This document shows, piece by piece, positions 38,880 through 53,780 of a stretch of DNA of 64,000 nt. The notes beneath the pieces are model-generated. The model was not told where the DNA came from. It saw only the letters and a list, made by a program, of their open reading frames with translations, and ran no database searches. This DNA is from Eledone cirrhosa (Eukaryota). Every line of letters begins with the position of its first letter. Position 1 is the first letter of the stretch. The stretch is taken from positions 275,094,001 to 275,158,000 of the forward strand of contig OZ024743.1 in assembly GCA_964016885.1 (NCBI GenBank). The letters run 5' to 3'. The position numbers were made by a program, and so were the translations under genes.

Positions 38880-41800
38880 CTACAGGCTTATATAGAGAGA
38901 AGGCCCAACCACTCGGGTCATTCTTGCCACAATCACCCACCTTTTATAAAATTTGCTGGGGTACAGCACCTCACTCTCATTCCTGATTCTTCTTCCAAAA
39001 TGATATTTGAAAAAACGAATCAGTTGCTCGCCGGAGAGAAAGGTGTCTGACCTCAGCCCTTTTAACCTCGTCCACCATATAACCTCTTTCACCATAGCCA
39101 TAACACATAGGAAAACCGCCTCTCCCTCGTTTTGAAGGAGGGTGGCGGTTTGATCATGACAATGGACTCGGTGGTCAACTGCATTGGTCCTACCCGCGAC
39201 AATAGTCGTTCTACATAGCCCCACAGGTCGGTAACGCCCGGTCAGTGTACAAATGCGTGTGCGACGGTTTCCTCGTCGCGCACACATCTCGGACAGATCT
39301 TTTTCGAAGGGTCCCTACCAGGGCACCCGTGCCTGTAGAGCTTGTCTCGAACTGGTAGAGCTCCTCGGTAGCACTGCCAGGCCAGGGACTTTTGGAAATT
39401 GTCCATTGGTCCTGGGCGGAAAGTCCTACCGAACATACTGGCCAGTTCGTCCTCCTCTACGCCTAGAGTTTCTCCGAGCGTGTCGTCGCACTTGCTGCGG
39501 ACCAACCCTCTATAGAATGTCGAAGTGGAGTCTCCACTGATCGCTGGGTCCGTTTGCCAGAGGACTGTGAGCGCCTGAGCACATTCGATATGCCAGTCGC
39601 CCATTTTCCTCGGTCTTTGCTTGACCCTGGTCTGCAGCGCGGTCAGCGAGACGAGTCGTGGGAAGGCTCGCCTCACGAACGGGGCCCACACCGGTTGTCT
39701 GGTGAGGAATACGTGGAGGTGCCGCAGCCTGGGCGCGTGTTTGCGCATCGTCAGCCACGGCATCTCCAGCCCTCCGTTTGAAGGGTGTTGGCAGCAGATG
39801 GATCTTCTCACCAAAAGAGCCCGTTTCTTCCAAATGAATTGGAAGAGCGCGCGCTCTATTTTTGGTGAGCGTTTTTGGTGAGAGAAGGCACAACGGTCAA
39901 GCGGTAGTAGATGACGGACGCTATAAAAGTGTTCGCCACTTCCGCTCGACCTTTCAAGGATAGTTTTGCACTCGGCCCACTTCTGGGTGAGCGCAAACAC
40001 CTTGGCCGGAACCTCATTCCAGTTCTTCTCCAGCTGGAGGTCAGGACCAAACCAGACCCCGAGCAGCTTTACCGGTCCTTCCGTCCAGCGTCCGACGACG
40101 TCATCGGAAGGCATCGGTTTGCCTCTCCACGTTCCGAGTTGCAAACCGACGGACTTGTCCCGGTTCACCTTCGCTCCTGTGAACCTTTTGTATTCCTCCT
40201 GTAAGGTGCCGACCTCCCCGATTTGCGAGGTGCTCGACACCATTACTGTCACGTCGTCGGCGTAGGCCGACGCCGCTTTTCGTAGTCCCGGTTCCAAAGG
40301 GATGCCCTACAATAGCTTCAACTTCCGCAGTAGTAGCTGGAGAGTCAGTACGTACAGAAGGGAGGAGAGAGGGCATCCGAGAGGCAGCCGTTCACCTTGA
40401 CCCTTGAGAAGTTGTTGCTGTTGTGCATTGCAGCAATCCAGCCCCTGAACACGGGACCGAAGCCTACCGCCTCGAGCACCGCATCCAGGTAACGATGGTC
40501 AACCCTATCGAAAGCCTTAGACTGATCCAAGTTGATCAGGGCCCCACCGAAGCCGGGTTTACACCCTACCCTCTCTATGATGTATCGCATGAGGTGGAGG
40601 TTGTCGTGTATGGACCTGGTCGTGATTGCGCATGTCTGCGCTTCTCCCACGACAAGCGCCAGCCTCTTTGCACACACCTTGGCCAAAATCTGTAACTCTG
40701 TGTTGAGCAGAGTTATGGGCCGGGAGTTGCCTATGTCATCCCCCTTGTTCTCGTCCTTCCTGACTAACGTGATTACGTCCTTTGTCACAGAACTGGGAAT
40801 TCTCCCGTTCTGCTGCCAGTTGCAGTAGACCACTTCCAGGAGATCGGAGAACAAGTCCGGCATTGCTATGTAAAATTCGTATGGTAGACCGTCGAGACCT
40901 GGAGATTTGCTTTTGCCGCATTGGCTCAGCGGCCGAAATCGGCCTTTCGCAGAACTTCGCCTCTCTGTGCGAGAGTCGCGGTAGGCTGTCGAGGTATGGA
41001 CTGAAATCCATAGCCCCACCCGTCGCGCCGCTCTGCCCGAACAGTTGAGCAAAGTGCCGCTGAAAGGCCGCGCACATTTGCTTCGGCTCACGTATCACGC
41101 GTCCGTCTTGGTCCTTCAAAGACCGAATCGTGGACTTGTTGCCACTTTTCGCTTCCGCAACTCGGGCCCAGTTAACAGCTTCGGCTCCCTCGTTTCCCAG
41201 AGCACGTATTCTGCTTCTGACAACGCAGCCTTCATGCTTTGCGTCGAAGAACTGGTCCAAGGCCGTTCACGTCGCTAGCACGCTGGCTACGTTGCCACTC
41301 CTAAGTGCCTCTTCTACTTTATCTACCAGTTCCTTTTCGGTCTTATTTCTATCTAACACTAATTCTTTACTAAAACCTATCGAGTCTAATCTAACTGCCT
41401 TCTTGAGAGAGTACCACTATCTGTTGTTGACAATGGCCCCCGTCAAGTGCTGCTTAACTAAAGTGCTAATCCGTCTACTGTAGGCTTTGCATGTCGGTAA
41501 CGACAAGTTCAGCTTCCAGTATGAGTTTTGTCAAGATTGACTAAGCAGGTCACTAATTTGTAATCTGAATAGGAAACCATCAACATTTGTGGACAGCTTA
41601 ACATGTCCCTATCCTTCTTTCTAACAAGAACCCTATCTAGGTACGATCTAGATGTTCCGCTAAGATTAGTCCCTGTCCACAGTGGCACAGTCGGAAAATC
41701 TAGTCGATATCTATCGGCCAGGTCAAATCGGCCGATTAACTGTTTGAGGCTGTTACACCCCCCTCTATCGGGACATGCTCCTACATAGTCCCAACGTGCA

Positions 41801-42240
41801 TCTAGGATTCCATTCCAGTCCCTCACTAACAACAGGGAGCGGGACGTTCCCAGAAAAGTCTCTAGACGTTTGAGGAAGTCTGGCCGCGGTGTCCCAGATG
41901 GGGCATATGCGGCCACCAGCCTGAAGGCTCCACCTTCACTACCGTCAACGTCTAGGACCACCAGTCGACCCTCCGGGTCCAGATGTACCGTCTGTGTTAC
42001 GAGGTCCAGGTGTTTTCGCAGCAAAACGGCAACCCCACCCCCACCTCCCGGCTGACATAGAGATGCGTAGATCTCAAAGTCGTCGAAGATGGGGGCCAGT
42101 TGTCGCTCGCTGTGTATCCTGGACTCGCAAATGGCTACTACATCCATGCTGTGCGACCTGAGGTCGTTTAAGAGTTTGCCCTGTTTCCAGGGCATCCCCA
42201 GGCCGCGTACATTCACACATCCAACTCTTATATTGGCCAT
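38880..42240 (-). pseudogene. LINE ORF2 (APE endonuclease - RT - C-terminal Cys/His motif), frameshifted
   Basis: MANIRVGCVNVRGL..VAICESR..AYAP..DWN..SYLDRV..SDYK (APE); KSPGLDGLPYEFY..RPITLLN..DQSKAFDRVDH..AYADDV (RT); CPRC..ETVAHAFVH. Confidence 0.92.
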
Positions 42241-42276
42241 GTTGGTGCTGAAAAGTTAACAGAAGAGGAAAAGAAA

Positions 42277-43481
42277 TCACTCACCTCTTCGTCTCCTGGG
42301 GACCAGGCTGCACAATTTCCATGGGGGTGTTGGAGGGGTTGTTTGGTGGGGTGGTCGTCTCTGGAGGGGTGGGGACAGAGATGTTTGGTGGGGAGGGGGT
42401 GTCTGGTGGGATGGGGTGGGGGTGGGGAAACATTTTAACAGGACTCGATTGTAGGGTTTGACGCTGGGGTTACCTACGTCGTTAGGAAATGTTTCTTTCA
42501 ACTGTTTATGTGTGTCCATGGAGGTCCTAATCATTTTAAGATTAGGATTCTCCAAAGAGTGTGTAAAAGTTTTCCCTTCGGTCTCCACAGAAGGGTTTTT
42601 ATATATGGTGTCTGTTAAAGTTTTATTGTTAGTATTTATGTAGGTGTAACATTTTTGTTGTGTTGGGATGCTTTTTGTCTGTGGTTCTTGTGTGTGTTTA
42701 CGTTTTGTAGTAGGTGTTTTGTTTTCAGGAGGGGGTGTTTTTGTTTGTGCTGTTTGCGTCGCTTGTGTTGGTGTTTGTGTGTTTGTTGCATTTTTGTTTG
42801 TGTTATGTCTTTTCTTTTTTCTTTTTACTGGTCGGAAAGGCTCTCCCTCATCGTCACTGGGTGACGATGATGAGGCCTCATCCGTGTTGTTGGGGAGGGT
42901 TACGTTTTGGAGAACTGTTATGTGTCTGGCTGTTTCTGGAGTTGTTTTAGGTGGGGAGGGGTTGGGTGGGACTGGGTTTGCCGTTTGTTTTGTTGTCACT
43001 ATTTTTTTTATGTTGTTGTTGTTGTTGTTGTTGTTGTTGTGGTGGTGGTGGTGGTGATTGCTGTGCTGGTGTTGCAGGTGTTGGCAGTAGTGCCTTTTTT
43101 TGGCTAGTTAGCCGAGGACAGGAAGCTCTCAGGTGACATGAGGGCCGCCTACCCTCGACCGAAATGTTTATGTATATAAACCCATCCAGCAACACACGTT
43201 CCGGGATCCTAGCTATTCGTTCTGGTGTCATTTGGACCAGAACTTCCAGGCTAGTTCCGCTAAACAGGTCGCCGGAGGACTTACCTACCGATATTATATA
43301 GTCTTTTTCGAGGTTTAAAAATCCACATAGTACCCACCAAATGTCAATATTTGGTGTGATACTTTAGATTTTTATTTTCTGTGTCCTTTTCCCCACGTAA
43401 GTGGGGAAAAAGGTGAACAGCGGTGACACAATTGGCGACACAGAATATTTATGTGCCGTCAATTGGTCTTTCATTAGAATG
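42277..43481 (-). pseudogene. LINE ORF1 remnant (truncated, stop and frameshift)
   Basis: Upstream of ORF2; ..VEGRRPSCHLRASCPR (eroded zinc knuckle), Pro/Thr-rich tail, KRKKKR basic patch. Confidence 0.7.
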
Positions 43482-43554
43482 GAGAAATAGATAGATAGAT
43501 AGAAAGATAGAGAGAAAGATAGATAGATAGAAAGATAGACAGAAAGATAGACAG

Positions 43555-43637
<83 letters not shown>

Positions 43638-44319
43638 TCTTTATTTATTTATTTATATAGATAGGTAGGTAGTAGATAGAGACAGATAGATAGATAGAGA
43701 GAGGGGGTGGCTATGATTAGTGGGAGAGCAAGGGAAGAACGAAAAAGACAGAAAGAGAGAGCAAAATTAAGTGGGAAATAGAAGTAACCGAGAAAGCTGT
43801 ATAAGAGAAGCTGAAAATAATGCAATGCATGGATGGACCAATTGATTACTTGTCTGTCTGTCTGTCTGCCTGCCTGTATGTCTGTCCGCCTGTCTGTCTG
43901 CTTGCCTAATCGTCTGCTCGCGCGTTTGTCAGCTCGCCCGATCGTCTGCTCGTCGTTCGTTTGACTGCATTGCCTGACAGAGTCAGTCATTACATTTACA
44001 ATGGGAAGAAAGACAAACGGCGACAGGGTCTTTAAACTAGCTCTTGGTGTTGGTGCTGTTCGTTGTGGTGGGGATGGAGGCTACAATGAGAAATAGGTGA
44101 GGTGGGGAACTAACAAAATGACTGGGAATTGCTTCTCATCGATAATTCTTCAATGGAACTGCCATTTCTTTCTTGAAAACGTCATCTAAAAGCTGCTGTT
44201 CCATATGCTCCGTTTAGCGGTATGTCCAAGCAACTCGACCGACCGATCAAAACAGACCAGCGAGCACAGATCAATGACCTTAAACAACTCTTGTCTCCAC
44301 CAAACACCTCTACCTCTGA

Positions 44320-44481
<162 letters not shown>

Positions 44482-44482
44482 A

Positions 44483-44518
<36 letters not shown>

Positions 44519-44903
44519 TCCATTTGTATGTAATCCACATCAATCTCATCTCCTTGTTGCTGTTCTTCCTTTTCTTCATTTTCTCTATATCACTACCCAT
44601 CATAAATCCATATTCACCTTGATAGCCTTTTTTATAAAATTGACTTACTCCCACACTCTCATACCCGTGGTTGAATATCTGGATAAAAAGTAAATGGATC
44701 CTCCACCGATTTCGACGTGGAGTGTTCCAAGTTACAGAGCAAGTAGCTGAGTATTTCACTTAACGTAATCTTCTAATAGAATCAGTAACATTGTGTATGG
44801 CTTTGAGCTGTGGTTGAACTATGTCAGTGACTTGGTTGCAAACAGCGTGACGAATGTTGATACCAAGGAATAAATGTAAAGTTATCGAATGTGTGTGTGT
44901 GCG

Positions 44904-44998
<95 letters not shown>

Positions 44999-45849
44999 TT
45001 CTGTGAGTGTGTGTGTGTGTAGTGCCTAGAGTTTCTGTAGACTAGATAAAGGGAAAATATATATTACTATAAATAAATAAAGTATATTACTATAAATTTA
45101 TTCCAAACAAGCTGCATGCTACCTAAGGTTTCAAAGTCTTCTCTAGCATAGGTCTTGGTGGCCGTGTATGTACTTATCTTCCGGGAAATACTAAGATGGT
45201 CGATGTTATTCACTTGAGATCTCGTCAAGTGCATAATGTAATAATAATTTTGTTTTTGTAAAAGAAACTCCTGTCTCTCTAAGCTATAATTGTAATTGTA
45301 ATTGTTAAAGTGTTTGTTTTGTGTGTATGTGTTTGTTTTTTCCTATGTATAATTATATGGATTATTGTAGTAAATTTGTTATCACTTTTTTATTATTATT
45401 ATTAAGGTTTTGTATATTTGCATGTGTATATGTGTATTCATGTATATATTATTAATATAGGTGGAGTGTGTTATGTATTTTGTTAAAGGTGTATGTGTTA
45501 TTTATGTGTATATTATTTATATAGCTTATTGTATTTAACCGTGTTTGGTTGCAGTGTAGTGTGTGTAGACCTGTGATCAATTTAGTGGACTAAGGCAGGG
45601 TTAGGATAGTGGTATTTTGTGTGTCTGGGCTTGCTCTTTTCCGTACTGAAAGGCGATTTGATCTTTATGTGGGCATACTCTGAATCATTCATTTTTCGTG
45701 TTTAAGTATTTATCAGAGGATTTTAGCCCTAAACTTTTCACTTAAGGACTGGGATCTGTGCATAGGAAAAGAAAGATAAAGGTAAGTTATACACGATTAA
45801 ATGGAAGATCCTGGATAATCGTGCCCTTTCATTAAAGGAACAAAGAGGT

Positions 45850-46245
45850 GTTCACTACCACCTTCACCATCTTACCACTGAAAAGCTTCCAGCACAATCC
45901 CCACACCAACACACGCCACCTTACCTCCCGACACAATACCACCCACATCACCAAACCACAACACACCACTCCACACAAGCTTACCACTCCTCACAACCTT
46001 ACCACCCCACACCATACTACACCATCTTAGCTTCCCACAGCATACCACTCCGCATCACCTTAACACCCAGCTGACACCACCTTACCATCACTACCACCCC
46101 AAATCACGAACCATCGCCACAACTATTCACAATACTATCACCATCACCATCATACACCACACCATCACCATCACCATCATCGCCACATTCACCATCACCA
46201 TCATACCCCACCATCACAATCACTATCACCACCACTATCACCATC

Positions 46246-46277
<32 letters not shown>

Positions 46278-49200
46278 CAACATCACCATCACCATCACCA
46301 TTACCATCACCACACTATCACCATCACCGTAATACACCATCACTACCACCATCATCACCATCACTGTCACTATCAGCATCACTATCACCAACACCACTAT
46401 CATCATCACCATCACCACCATACACCACACTATCACCATCACCATCACCACTATTACCACTACCACACTGTCTCTACTATTACCACCACCATCACCACTT
46501 CCACTACAATTACTATGATCCTACTGTTGTTTTTACAACAACTACTGCAACCCCCCTCACACTGTAAACTATACGCCTACTCCCATTATCACCATTACCA
46601 CATATACTATCACCACTACTATCACCTCTGTCACCACGGCCACACATACTACCACGACCACCACTACCACCACTATCACCACCCTCAGCACTACCACACA
46701 CACTATCACCACCACCACTATCACCACTATCACCACCCTCAGCACTACCACACACACTATCAACACCACCACTATCACCACTATCACCACCCTCAGCACT
46801 ACCACACACACTACCACCACCACCACTATCACCACCACCACTACCACCACTATCACCACCCTCAGCACTACCACACACACTATCACCACCACCACTATCA
46901 CCACTATCACCACCCTCAGCACTACCACACACACTACCACCACCACCACTATCACCACTATCACCACCCTCAGCACTACCACACACACTATCACCACCAC
47001 CATTATCACCACTATCACCACTCTCACCACTACCACACACACTACCACCACCACCACTATCACCACTACTACCACTACCACACACACTATCACCACCACC
47101 ATTATCACCACTATCACCACCCTCACCACTACCACACACACTACCACCACCACCACTATCACCACTACTACCACTACCACACACACTATCACCACCACCA
47201 CTACCACCACCACCACTACCACCACTGCCACCACTACCACACACACTATCACCACTGCGACCACTACCACCACCACCACTATCACCACTGCGACCACTAC
47301 CACACACACTATCACAACCACCACTATCACCACTGCGACCACTACCACACACACTACCACCACTACCACCACTGCCACCACTACCACACACACTACCACC
47401 ACCACCACTATCACCACTGCCACCACTACCACACACACTACCACACACACTACCACCACCACCACTAATACCACTGCCACCACTACCACCACCACTACCA
47501 CCACCACCACTATCACCACTGCCACCACTACCACACACACTACCACCACCACCACTATCACCACTGCCACCACTACCACCACCACCACTACCGCAACCAC
47601 CACTATCACCACTGTCACCACTACCACACACACTACCACCACCACCACTATCACCACTGCCACCACTACCACACACACTACCACCACCACCACTATCACC
47701 ACTGCCACCACTACCACCACCACTACCACACACACTATCACCACCACCACTACCACAACCACCTGCTATCACCACTGTCACCTTCATTATCAGCACTATT
47801 ACTATTAACACTATCACCACTACTACCACATAACTATCACCTCTACTACCACTACATCTGCCACGACCACCACTACTACAACAACAGCTACCAGAACCTA
47901 CAGTGTCACCACCACCAATGCACCTCAACCATCACAGCCACCACCACCCCTTTACCACCATCCCAATTGTCACCACCATCATCCACGCCACCCCACTACC
48001 ACCACAGTCACTACCCCAGCTATCACCACCACCGCCACCACCACAATCACCATCACCATATCCACCACTGCCACATCTACCATCAACACCCCCACTGTCA
48101 CCACCACAACCACCATCACCGCACCCACCACCATCTCCACCACCACCACTGTCACCCTCACATCCACCATCACCACCTCCACCATCACCTCCACCACCTA
48201 CACCATCACATCTACCACCACCCCCACTGTCACCACCACCTACACCATCACGTCTACTCCACCACCACCACTGTCACCACCACCACTGTCACCACCACCT
48301 ACACCATCACATCTACCACCACCACCCCACTGTCACCACCACCTACACCATCACGTCTACTCCACCACCACCACTGTCACCACCACCACTGTCACCACCA
48401 CCTACACCATCACATCTACCACCACCACCCCCACTGTCACCACCACCTATACCATCACATCTAACACCACCACCACCACCACTGTCACCACCACCTATAC
48501 CATCACATCTAACACCACCACCACCACTGTCACCACCACCTACACCTCACATCTACTACCACCACCTACACCTCACATCTACTACTACCACCCCCACTGT
48601 CACCACCACCTACACCTCACATCTACCACCACCACCCCCACTTTCACCACCACCTACACCTCACATCTACCACCACCTACACCATCACGTCTTTCACCGC
48701 TACCACCCCGCTACACCATCACAACTACCACCCCCACCCCACCACCACTGTCAGAACCACAATTACCAACTCCACCCCACCTCCTCCATCACGACCACTG
48801 TCACAACCACAACCATCACATTAAACCACCCCCACTGTCACCACCACCCCCCACTGTCACCACCACCACATCTACCACTCCCACCACTATCACCACCGTC
48901 ACCACTACTACCCTCCCACACACACACTATCAAAACAGCGTTCATCGCCACTACCACCTCCACCACCACATCCACCATCATCCCCACTGTCACAATCACA
49001 ATCACCACCACCGCAATCACCGCCACCCCAATCACCACCACCACATTCACCACTACCACCTCCACCACCCCCACTGTCACCACCGTCACTACTATTACCA
49101 GAACTACCACTACCACCATTGTCACAACTACTACCCTCCCACGCACACACACTATCACAACAACCATCATCACCACAACCCACTTACACCACCACCTCCA

Positions 49201-49800
49201 CACCACTACCCCACACCCCTACCTCCACACCATCACCTCCAAACCATCACCTTCAAACTACCACCACCACACCACCACCTCTACACCACCACCTCTACAC
49301 CACCACCACCACACCACCACCTCCACACTCCTACCTCCACACCACCACCACCTCCACACCACCACCTCTACACCACCACCACCACACTCCTACCTCCACA
49401 CCACCGCACCACCGCCATACCACCACCTCCACGCCACCACCTCTACACCACCGCCACTACACTCCTACCACCACACCACCACCACCACACCACCTCTACA
49501 CCACCACCTCTACACCACCTCCACTACACTCCTACCACCACCACACCACCACCTCTACACCACCACCTCTACACCACCACCTCTACACCACCACCTCTAC
49601 ACCACCTCCACTACACTCCTACCACGACACCACTACCACACCACCACCTCTACACCACCACCTCTACACCACCTCCACTACACTCCTACCACCACACTAC
49701 CACCACACCACCACCTCTACACCACCACTTCTCCACCACCACCACCACCACCACCACCACACTCCTACCTCCACACTCCTACCTCCTCCCACCACTCTCC
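45850..49800. repeat. (CAC/CAT/TAC)-derived low-complexity minisatellite block
   Basis: Includes ~54-bp units caccctcagcactaccacacacactatcacc.. at 46680-47150. Confidence 0.9.
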
Positions 49801-49949
49801 CTGTGGTAATTGACCAGAAATATGTCAGGAATGTCGTTCTCTCCCGCCACCCCTCCCCATTCAACATTCCAACCTGATGAAACTGCATCGCAATGCAAAG
49901 GTAGAAACACAGCAACAGACAGCAGCAATATCTCGGCTGTATTTCATAG

Positions 49950-51016
49950 CATCACTGACTGTTGCTGCTGTTGCTACCATTGCTGCTGCAGTTGTTGTTG
50001 CTGTTCTTATTGTTGTTGTTGCTGTTGTTGTCATTGCTGATGTTTTTGTTGTTATTGCTGTTATAGCTGTTATTGTTGTTATAGCTGTTATTGGTGCTGC
50101 TGTATTTTATAGAAACCAACTCACTGTTGCTGATGTTGTTGCTGCTGTTGCTATCATTGCTGCTGTTGTTGTTGCTGCTGTTGTTATTGTTGTTATAGCT
50201 GTTATTGTTGTTATTGTTGTTATTGGTGCTGCTGTATTTTATAGAAACCAACTCACTGTTGCTGCTGTTATTATTATGGCTGCTGTTGTTGTTGCTGTTG
50301 CTATCATTGCTGCTGTTGTTGCTGCTGTTGCTATCATTGCTGCTGTTGTTGCTGCTGTTGATATTACTGTTGTTATTGTTGTTGTTGCTGTTGTTGTCAT
50401 TGCTGATGTTTTTGTTGTTGCTGTTGTTATTGTTGTTATTGGTGCTGCTGTATTTCATAGAAACCAACTCACTGTTGCTGCTGTTATTATTATGGCTGTT
50501 GTTGTTGCTGCTGTTGTTATTGTTGTTACTGTTATTGTTGTTACTGTTGTTGTTGTTACTGTTGTTGCTGTTGTTGTTGTCATTGCAGAACATATTGCTG
50601 TTGTTGTTATTGTTGTTACTGTTATTGTTGTTACTGTTGTTGTTGTTACTGTTGTTGCTGTTGTTGTTGTTGTCATTGCAGAAGATATTGATGTTGCTGT
50701 TATTGTTGTTATTTGTTGTTATTGTTGTTATTGATGTTGATATTGTTGTTATTGCTGCTGTTGTTATTGTTGTTGTTGGTGTTGTTATTGCTGCTGTTGT
50801 ACTTCATAACACCACTCACTGTTGCTGCTGTTTTATTATTATAGCTGCTGCTGTTGTTGTTGTTGTTGTTGCTGTTTTTTTATTGCTGAAGGTATTGATT
50901 TTGTTACTGTTGCTGCTGCATCACATACCATTGCACACTGTTGCTGCTGTTGTTGTTATAACTAGTGTTGTTGCTGCTGTTGTTGTTGTTGCTGTTGTTA
51001 CTACTGCTAGTGCTGC

Positions 51017-51056
<40 letters not shown>

Positions 51057-51206
51057 CACTGCTAGTGCTGCTGCTGTTGTTGCTGTTTTGCTGCTGTTGT
51101 TGGTATTGCTGCTGTTATTGTTGTTGCTGTTGTTGATACTGCTGCTGTTGTTGCTGCTGCCGCTGCTATATTTTATTGCATCACTCACTGTTGCTTCTGT
51201 TCTTAC

Positions 51207-51240
<34 letters not shown>

Positions 51241-51260
51241 ACTGTTGTTGCTACCACTGG
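49950..51260. repeat. (GTT/GCT)-derived low-complexity block with internal duplications
   Basis: Recurring ggtgctgctgtattt(t/c)atagaaaccaactcactgttgctg. Confidence 0.9.
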
Positions 51261-51279
51261 TAGCGGTAGAAGTATTGTT

Positions 51280-53780
51280 ATAACAGTGGTGATGGTGGTG
51301 GTAGTGGTGCTGTTGGTGGTGGTGCTGGTGGTGGTGGTGGTGGTCGTTGTGGTGGTGCTGGTAGAAGTGGTAATGGTAAAAGTGTTGTAACTGTGGTGGT
51401 GGTGATGGTGGTGGTGGTGGTGGTGGTGGTGGTGGTGGTGGTGGTGGTGGTGGTGGTGGTGGTGGTAGTTGTGCGGCGGTGACGGTGGTGATGGTGGTGG
51501 TAGTGGTGGTGTGGTGGTGTTAGCGGTAGTGGTGGTGGTGGTGTAGGTGGCGGTGGTGTTGCTGGTGGTGGTGGTGCTGGTCGAAGTGGTAATGGTAAAA
51601 GTGTTGATGTAACAATGGTGGTGGTAAAAGTTTTATTGTAATGGTGTTTGTGATGTGAGCCGCTATCGTATTAGTGGTTGTGGTGGTAGCCATAGTTGTA
51701 CTTAATTTAGTGGTGGTTGTGGTTGTGGTGGTGGTGGTGGCGGCGGCCGCGACGGCGGCATATTGGTGGTGGTGGTGGTGGTGGTGGTGGTGGTGGTGGT
51801 GGTGGTAGTTGTGCGGCGGTGACGGTGGTGATGGTGGTGGTAGTGGTGGTGGTGGTGGTGGTGGTGGTGACGGTGGCGGCGGTGGCGGTAGTGGTGGTGC
51901 GGCGGCGTTGGCGGCGTTGGCGGCGGTGGAGGCAATGGTTTTGGGGGTACGGTTCGGTGATGGTAGTAGTTGTTATTGTAATAATGGTAGTAGTGGTAGT
52001 GGTAAAAGTTTTGTTGCAATGGTGGTGGTGATGATGGGGGTGAGGGTGGGGACGACGACGCTGGTGGTGGTGGTGGTGATGATGGGGGTGAGGGTGGGGA
52101 CGACGACGCTGGTGGTGGTGGTGGTGATGATGGGGGTGTGGGTGGGGACGACGACGCTGGTGGTGGTGGTCGTCGTAATAGTAGTACTGGTAATGGCCAT
52201 TGCAATAATGGTAGTGGTGGTACAATTGATAGTTGCGAAGGAGGTAGTGATTGCAGTGGTGTCGATGATAGTAGTGGTAGGAGTAGGGGTGATAGTGATT
52301 GTAGTAGAGGTGGTAGAGGATGGAATAGAGATTGTAACAACGGCGTTCAAGATGGAGGTGGTGAGGGGGGGGGGGGTAATGGTGATTGTAGTGGCGAGGA
52401 GGATAGCGTCGGTGACGATGCTGGCAATGGTGACATTTATGTTGGTGGTGGTGATGGTGTTGATGGTAGTGGTAGTAGTAGTTATAGTGGTGGTGGTAGT
52501 AGCAGTGGTGGTGGTGGTGGTGGTGGTGATGGTGTTGATAGTAGTGGTAGTAGTAGTTATAGTGGTGGTGGTAGTAGCAGTGGTGGTGGTGGTGGTGGTG
52601 ATGGTGTTGATGGTAGTGGTAGTAGTAGTTATAGTGGTGGTGGTAGTAGCAGTGGTGGTGGTGATGGTGTTGATGGTAGTGGTAGTAGTAGTTATAGTGG
52701 TGGTGGTAGTAGCGGTGGTGGTAGTGGTGGTGGTAGTAGAGGTGGTAGTAGTGGTTGTAGTAGTTATAGTGGTGGTGGTAGTAGCGGTGGTAGTAGAGGT
52801 AGTGGTAGTGGTTGTAGTAGTTATAGTGGTGGTGGTAGTAGTGGTGGTGGTGGTAGTGGTTGTAGTAGTTATAGTGGTGGTGGTGGTAGTAGTAGTTATG
52901 GTGGTGGTGGTAGTGATGGTGTTGATGGTAGAGGTAGTAGTAGTTATAGTGGTGGTGCTTGTAGTAGTAGTTATAGTGGTGGTGGTAGTAGCGGTGGTGG
53001 TAGTGGTTGTAGTAGTTATAGTGGTGGTGGTAGTGATGGTGTTGATGGTAGTGGTAGTAGTAGTTATAGTGGTGGTGGTGGTAGTAGTAGTTATAGTGGT
53101 CGTGGTAGTAGTGGTGGTGGTAGTGGTTGTAGTGGTTATAGTGGTGGTGGTAGTAGTGGTGGTGGTGGTAGTGGTTGTAGTAGTTATAGTGGTGGTGGTG
53201 GTAGTAGTAGTTATAGTGGTTGTGGTAGTAGCGGTGGTGGTAGTGGTTGTAGTAGTTATAGTGGTGGTGGTAGTAGTGGTGGTGGTGGTAGTGGTAGTAG
53301 TAGTTATAGTGGTGGTGGTGGTAGTAGTAGTTATAGTGGTCGTGGTAGTAGCGGTGGTGGTAGTGGTTGAAGTAGTTATAGTGGTGGTGGTAGTAGTGGT
53401 GGTGGTGGTAGTGGTTGTAGTAGTTATAGTGGTGGTGGTGGTAGTAGTAGTTATAGTGGTCGTGGTAGTAGCGGTGGTGGTAGTGGTTGTAGTAGTTATA
53501 GTGGTGGTGGTAGTAGTGGTGGTGGTGGTAGTGGTTGTAGTAGTTATAGTGGTGGTGGTAGTAATAGTTATAGTGGTGGTGGTAGTAATAGTTATAGTGG
53601 TGGTGGTAGTAGTAGTTATAGTTATGATGGTAGTAGTGGTGGTGGTGGTGGTAGTAGTGGTTTTAGTAGTTATAGTGGTGGTGGTAGTAGCGGTGGTGGT
53701 AGTGATGGTAGTGATAATGGTGGTGCAGTGCTTATGGTGGTGTAGTGGTATGGTGGTGGTAGTGGCGGAGGTAGTAGGAG
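51280..53780. repeat. (GGT/AGT)-derived low-complexity minisatellite block
   Basis: Units such as agtagttatagtggtggtggtagtagcggtggtggt. Confidence 0.9.

Larger units (their letters stand above)
38649..43481 (-). mobile_element. L1/Tx1-type LINE, 5'-truncated, with 20-bp TSD
   Basis: TSD gagaaatagatagatagata at 38629-38648 and 43482-43501; ORF1 + ORF2 remnants; AATAAA near the 3' end. Confidence 0.92.

Noticed and set aside
46513-49877. Long Gly/Ser-, His-, Val- and Pro/Thr-rich ORFs as structural proteins
   Set aside because: Open in several overlapping frames on both strands as expected for (CAC)n-derived repeats; no signal peptide or splice support
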